This document shows, piece after piece, positions 60,601-64,000 of a stretch of DNA of 64,000 nucleotides; within the stretch, counting starts at the first letter, position 1; every line of letters starts with the position of its first letter. Position numbers and translations under genes: made by a program. The DNA is from Tubiluchus corallicola (Eukaryota; Animalia; Priapulida), in NCBI GenBank assembly GCA_030141605.1, contig JAQGDQ010000050.1, forward strand, positions 569,971 through 633,970, in the 5' to 3' direction. The notes under the pieces are model-generated. The model was given only the letters and a program-made list of their open reading frames with translations, had not been told where the DNA came from and did no database searches.

Positions 60601-62553
60601 AAGAGCAGAAAGGACAACAACATTTGTTGAGGCTTTCTAGACGATGAATTCTATTTATAGGTGAGGCAAGTTTATGAAAGGGACAAGGATGATCCCCCAA
60701 TAGAGCGAAACCTGCCCCCAGTTTCTGGCAGAATTATGTGGGTGCAGCAGTTGCTGAAACGTATGCAAGTTCCAATGAAGCTTTTCCAGAAACGCACAAA
60801 TGTACTTTTGGTAAATACTTTTTAGTTCATTTAAAAATTCAATTAAAGTGATTTTGTAAAATGTTGTAACCTCAATAATGACTATTGTTGATAACAACCT
60901 GGTACTTCTTTATTGCTGATGTTTCCATGCAGTCTTGCATCATCGTCAAAGCACTTCCATGAGAAAGCTACAAATATGCATGTACATTAACTTATAAATT
61001 AATAAACTAATAATACAATATATTTCTAGCTGTCTTGTGAAAGTGTTTTGATAATGATACAGTCTACTTCATATTCGTCTATCAATTTTTCTTTTTCTAA
61101 AACTTTTCAAGATTTCTAAATTTTTCAGATGCCAGAAGCACAACGAGTCGTGAAGAAGTATAATAAAATCATGGAGACCTTTGTGACATATGACGTGATG
61201 TACCATGATGCTTGGTTTAAAAACCTAGATTCGGTCAAACGGAGAATGATCAGTACACCTGTATTAGGAATCTGTTATGACACTAAAGTGAGTTTTTTAC
61301 GTATTTGCATTTGATAGAACACAAAATTTGTTCACAAAAGACTGTGTAGTTTGTGAAGTGTGGGTGAGTTCTAATAGTCGAAAAAATGTTTTGAAATATA
61401 AAAAATATAACTTTTTTGTTGCTCCTTTTAGTCATGCAAGGCTAGATGTTAGAAACCACAAGCAACAAGATTTCTGCACTCATCTATAAAGCCCTGGTTT
61501 CTAAGTAGAAAATTGTCTTTAAACACCATTTACCTTTGAACACCATTACCATTAATCACCATTACCCTAGTGAGTAATTTAGTAATTAAACTGCACTTAA
61601 GAACATTTAATAAAACAATTGTCTTGCTCCTTAAGTACAAATACGTCGAATAGCATGAATTAAGCACTGGTAAAACTTCATCTCTACAAAAATACACTGG
61701 AATGATAACAACAACGACACGGTAATCTAAATCAATTTTTTGATTTATAAGTTAATTGTATTTTGATTAAGATAAGATAATGATAGTATTCGTAATGTGT
61801 GTTTGTAAATACATGTAAATATATATATATATGTATTTATATACTTATCTGTATATCAGTTGTAGTAATCATCATAATTCTGACAGTATTTCGTCTATAA
61901 ACTACAATAAATAACGTTTAATATGTGATTTCTTTCCAATGAATATTTTACAGATCCATCAATGCCAAACGTCAGGTATTAATTGCCCACCTGCTTGCTT
62001 AGTTTAATTTAATTTTAATAATTGCAGGCAGGTGGCGCCACTGTACAGTAATGTTTAATTGTGATAAAATTAATAATGCCAATCCTCTACAGACAGTTAT
62101 AGTTGTGGTTATTCCCATAGTTTTGGTGTTTCTGGTTGTGGTGTGGTAGTAATGGTCAAGGTGCCTGGTAGTGTTTTAATTTTGATGGTTTTTGCTCACA
62201 AAAGTGATTTCCTACATTGACGAACAGCTGCGCAGGTTAAATTAAATAAGTGGCCAGATCTATGATCAAATCTTGTCACTTTCTCAAGCACCTGTTTTGC
62301 CTTTTATTTGTTTTTTATTTTTATTGTTCGTATAAAATTTAAATAAAATCAAATAGTTACATGAAGTTAGAGTTGATTCATTTATTGCATTTAAAATTTG
62401 CCTTAATTTGTAGGAAGTTTTTGTCAATATGGACGAAGAAGTCCGTGTTGTACTTCATGAAGTGAAATATATGGATAAGCTCAAACACAAAGTACCTGAT
62501 TCTCTTCGTATTGTACTTCTGAACGGGCAGAGAATCAAGTACCTGCAAGGACG
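39586..62553 (+). CDS. DNAH5: axonemal dynein heavy chain, DNAH5/DNAH8-like (outer-arm gamma type); N-terminal about 765 aa, 3'-partial
   Basis: 17 phase-consistent GT-AG exons. Motifs [88 protein letters not shown] and EVFVN are colinear with DNAH5 as recalled. Orthology (DNAH5 versus DNAH8 or a paralogue) and the exact start are unverified. Confidence 0.9.
39830..41710 (+). mobile_element. decayed, internally deleted LINE (CR1/L2/Crack-like; APE + RT)
   Basis: Fragments [54 protein letters not shown] and APNLWNKI, with many stops and frameshifts. Confidence 0.9.
42600..43093 (+). mobile_element. about 490-bp dispersed repeat, copy 2 (same family as 34579-35068)
   Basis: Shared colinear blocks; ends CCCCGTTTAA. 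Confidence 0.75.
43370..43432 (+). CDS. dynein HC exon ([21 protein letters not shown])
   Basis: GTTTCAG acceptor, GTATGT donor, phase 0-0. Confidence 0.75.
43719..43851 (+). CDS. dynein HC exon ([18 protein letters not shown])
   Basis: DNAH5-like motif; GTAAGT donor. Confidence 0.85.
43999..44986 (+). repeat. direct tandem duplication of about 480-490 bp
   Basis: 43999-44476 and 44494-44986 both run ACTTGACCCCTATGCGTTATTCTGA...GAGAGGTGAAATCTTATTAGA with scattered substitutions and small indels. Confidence 0.95.
45876..46297. mobile_element. degenerate foldback element with subterminal short repeats
   Basis: TTTCCCAGAAAA-like units on the left arm; TTTTCTGGGAAA-like units on the right arm. 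Confidence 0.55.
46540..46760 (+). mobile_element. RTE-like LINE 3' fragment
   Basis: From 46561 the sequence reads [17 protein letters not shown], the RTE C-terminal motif. Confidence 0.75.
48667..48839 (+). CDS. dynein HC exon (...[12 protein letters not shown])
   Basis: Phase 1-0, open frame. Confidence 0.85.
49860..50300 (-). mobile_element. LINE 3' fragment
   Basis: HNYQTRFA and [13 protein letters not shown]-type tail motifs. Confidence 0.55.
51268..51444 (+). CDS. dynein HC exon ([14 protein letters not shown])
   Basis: Phase 0-0; matches LTGVCVFFIR. Confidence 0.88.
51701..52368. mobile_element. non-autonomous hAT-like DNA transposon with 8-bp TSD
   Basis: TGATATAC flanks both sides (51693-51700 and 52369-52376). 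Imperfect TIRs CACGGATGCCGGCAG and CTGGCGGCGCCCATG. Confidence 0.85.
52605..52785 (+). CDS. dynein HC exon (DWGEL)
   Basis: Phase 0-1, GTGAGT donor. Confidence 0.88.
53349..53514 (+). CDS. dynein HC exon ([11 protein letters not shown])
   Basis: Phase 1-2; DHC_N1 motif. Confidence 0.92.
53811..53904 (+). CDS. dynein HC exon ([14 protein letters not shown])
   Basis: Phase 2-0. Confidence 0.88.
55086..55184 (+). CDS. dynein HC exon ([10 protein letters not shown])
   Basis: Phase 0-0; conserved motif. Confidence 0.92.
55347..55917. mobile_element. MITE-like element with about 25-30-bp imperfect TIRs
   Basis: GGCCAACAATAAAATTACTTCTGT and ACAGAAATAATTTTTTTGTGGCC. Confidence 0.55.
56244..56428 (+). 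CDS. dynein HC exon ([18 protein letters not shown])
   Basis: Phase 0-2; conserved motif. Confidence 0.93.
57599..57718 (+). CDS. dynein HC exon ([11 protein letters not shown]...KQFTF)
   Basis: Phase 2-2. Confidence 0.9.
58162..58746. mobile_element. pogo/Tc1-mariner-type MITE
   Basis: TA|CAGTTAATCTC...GGTTAACTG termini and repeated ATAAGG(G)AC subterminal motifs. Confidence 0.7.
59077..59278 (+). CDS. dynein HC exon ([15 protein letters not shown])
   Basis: Phase 2-0; conserved motif. Confidence 0.93.
59652..59747 (+). CDS. dynein HC exon (FENVYKFY)
   Basis: Phase 0-0, GTGAGT donor. Confidence 0.85.
60085..60198 (+). CDS. dynein HC exon ([11 protein letters not shown])
   Basis: Phase 0-0. 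Confidence 0.85.
60661..60810 (+). CDS. dynein HC exon ([17 protein letters not shown])
   Basis: Phase 0-0; conserved motif. Confidence 0.93.
61129..61287 (+). CDS. dynein HC exon (KKYNKIM...YHDAW)
   Basis: Phase 0-0. Confidence 0.92.
62414..62553 (+). CDS. dynein HC exon ([10 protein letters not shown])
   Basis: Phase 0-2, GTAAGA donor; the gene continues beyond the window. Confidence 0.9.
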
Positions 62554-63099
62554 GTAAGATCATTCATGTATACCTTTTGGCACACTTAGAATTAGTTTTT
62601 ACAGATTTTAAGGAAATGCGAATAAATCAAATGTAGTATATACGTAAGAATTTACAATTTTGAAAAGCATTGAATTACAAATTATTGAGATTGTGGTACC
62701 AGATTTGAAACTATCACTAATTTTGGGTGCAAAACATTCATCGTATTGCTAGTAAGGATTTATTTTTCAATATCCTGTCAATTGCCATGGTGTGATTTAT
62801 TGCCTTACCTTATTATCATAATTTATTGTCTTATCTTGTACAAATCGTATAACTAAAATTTGTAAAAAAGAAAAAAGGAGTGGGTCCGCCATCCATGTAA
62901 TGAGTTTGTCATACCATTGACGTATAGCAACTGTTGTACACATGAATACAGAAGACTGAAAATGAACTTAAATGTTAGTAGATTTCATTGATGTTTTATT
63001 TTTCATCATGTCTATCAAATGTGCACTACCAAAACATAAAATTTCAAAAACCTGATATAAACAAATATCTTATATAAACAAAGAGTTGAATGCCTTTTT

Positions 63100-63797
63100 T
63101 TAAGTCTAGGTTTTACAGGGTTCCTGACTTTGGTGACTATCCAAAGATTTCTGATTCTGACAGTCGCCAACTGTGCTCCAAAAGTTCCCCAAATTGTCAT
63201 AAAACATTCGCGGACATTCATCGTTGTCACCAAAGGTCGCTGGCTTCCGCATGAATTTTTATTAAAACATTTTTAAAGTTTGTCGCAGGTATCGCAAAAC
63301 TCTCCATCTCACCAAAACTTCCCCAAACTGTTGTAAAATTGTTTGAACATGCAACAATCCTAGGCAAATATATTGCAAATTATTTGCGCTCTTTGTCAAC
63401 AAATTTAAAATTTCTCGAAAACTTGAAGAACATTTTGAGATGCTTTGAAGAATGCTGCTATGACTTTGCTATTATTTTCAATATTTTGGCAACACTTTGG
63501 AAAAACTTGGTTGTCTTGCATGCAGTTCTTTCTGCGAAAATTCTTTAAAATTGTCATAAAATAATAGCAAAATACTCAAGCCTTCTTGCAGAAGTCGCCA
63601 AATATTGCAGCAATTTTCATCTAGCGAAAAAGCCCAAAATTCGTAAAAATGTGGCAAAAATTGTGTGAAACTATTTAGAACTTCGCAGGAATGATTTGCA
63701 ACAAAACACAGTCGCGGGAATTTTAAGGCAACTGTTGGACTTAGAAAGCTTTCAATCGTCGCAAAAAAGTTCTGATGGTGTGAAGCCTGAGCTTTAG
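63100..63797. mobile_element. MITE-like element with long degenerate TIRs and internal short repeats
   Basis: The left end AAGTCTAGGTTTTACA...AAAGATTTCTGATTCTGACAGTCGCC pairs with the right end GGCAACTGTTGGACTTAGAAAGCTTT...TGTGAAGCCTGAGCTT. Confidence 0.6.
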
Positions 63798-63810
63798 TCT
63801 CAAAACATCT

Positions 63811-63960
63811 TATTGTTATGAAGAGCTTTTCCCTAACGGGCCTAATCAGCTGAATTGACTGTTACGAAAACTTGTGCTGTTACAGTTAACAGCACAAATT
63901 TTCATAATACTGTAGTCAGTTCAGCTGATGAGACCTTTAGGGCGAATGCTTCTGATAATA
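63811..63960. repeat. about 150-bp hairpin palindrome containing a hammerhead-like motif
   Basis: TTACGAAAACTTGTGCTGTTA-cagt-TAACAGCACAAATTTTCATAA, plus ATCAGCTGAATTGACT pairing with AGTCAGTTCAGCTGAT. Confidence 0.8.
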
Positions 63961-64000
63961 AAAATCTGTTTTGAAACTAAGAAAGAAATCTGTTTTCAAC

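Overview
AT-rich, intron-rich metazoan (probably invertebrate) genomic DNA, not prokaryotic. Four spliced protein-coding genes are supported: (1) a SKOR/fussel SKI-family corepressor (+, about 2.1-11.0 kb); (2) a two-exon GT31 beta-1,3-galactosyltransferase-like gene (-, 25.0-27.5 kb); (3) a four-exon SLC10A-family sodium/bile-acid symporter (+, 31.9-35.8 kb); (4) the 5' part of a DNAH5/DNAH8-like axonemal dynein heavy chain (+, 17 coding exons from 39.6 kb, running off the window), with an RFX X-box next to its putative non-coding first exon. The rest is microsatellites, a 17-bp minisatellite, decayed LINEs, a Gypsy-like LTR/PBS remnant, many non-autonomous DNA elements (hAT-like with an 8-bp TSD, pogo-like, Kolobok-like, Helentron-associated) and several long foldback hairpins, one carrying a degenerate hammerhead-ribozyme-like core. 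Exons were assembled by eye from GT/AG sites, frame continuity and remembered homologue motifs; no search or folding was run. I found no clearly novel multi-gene system.
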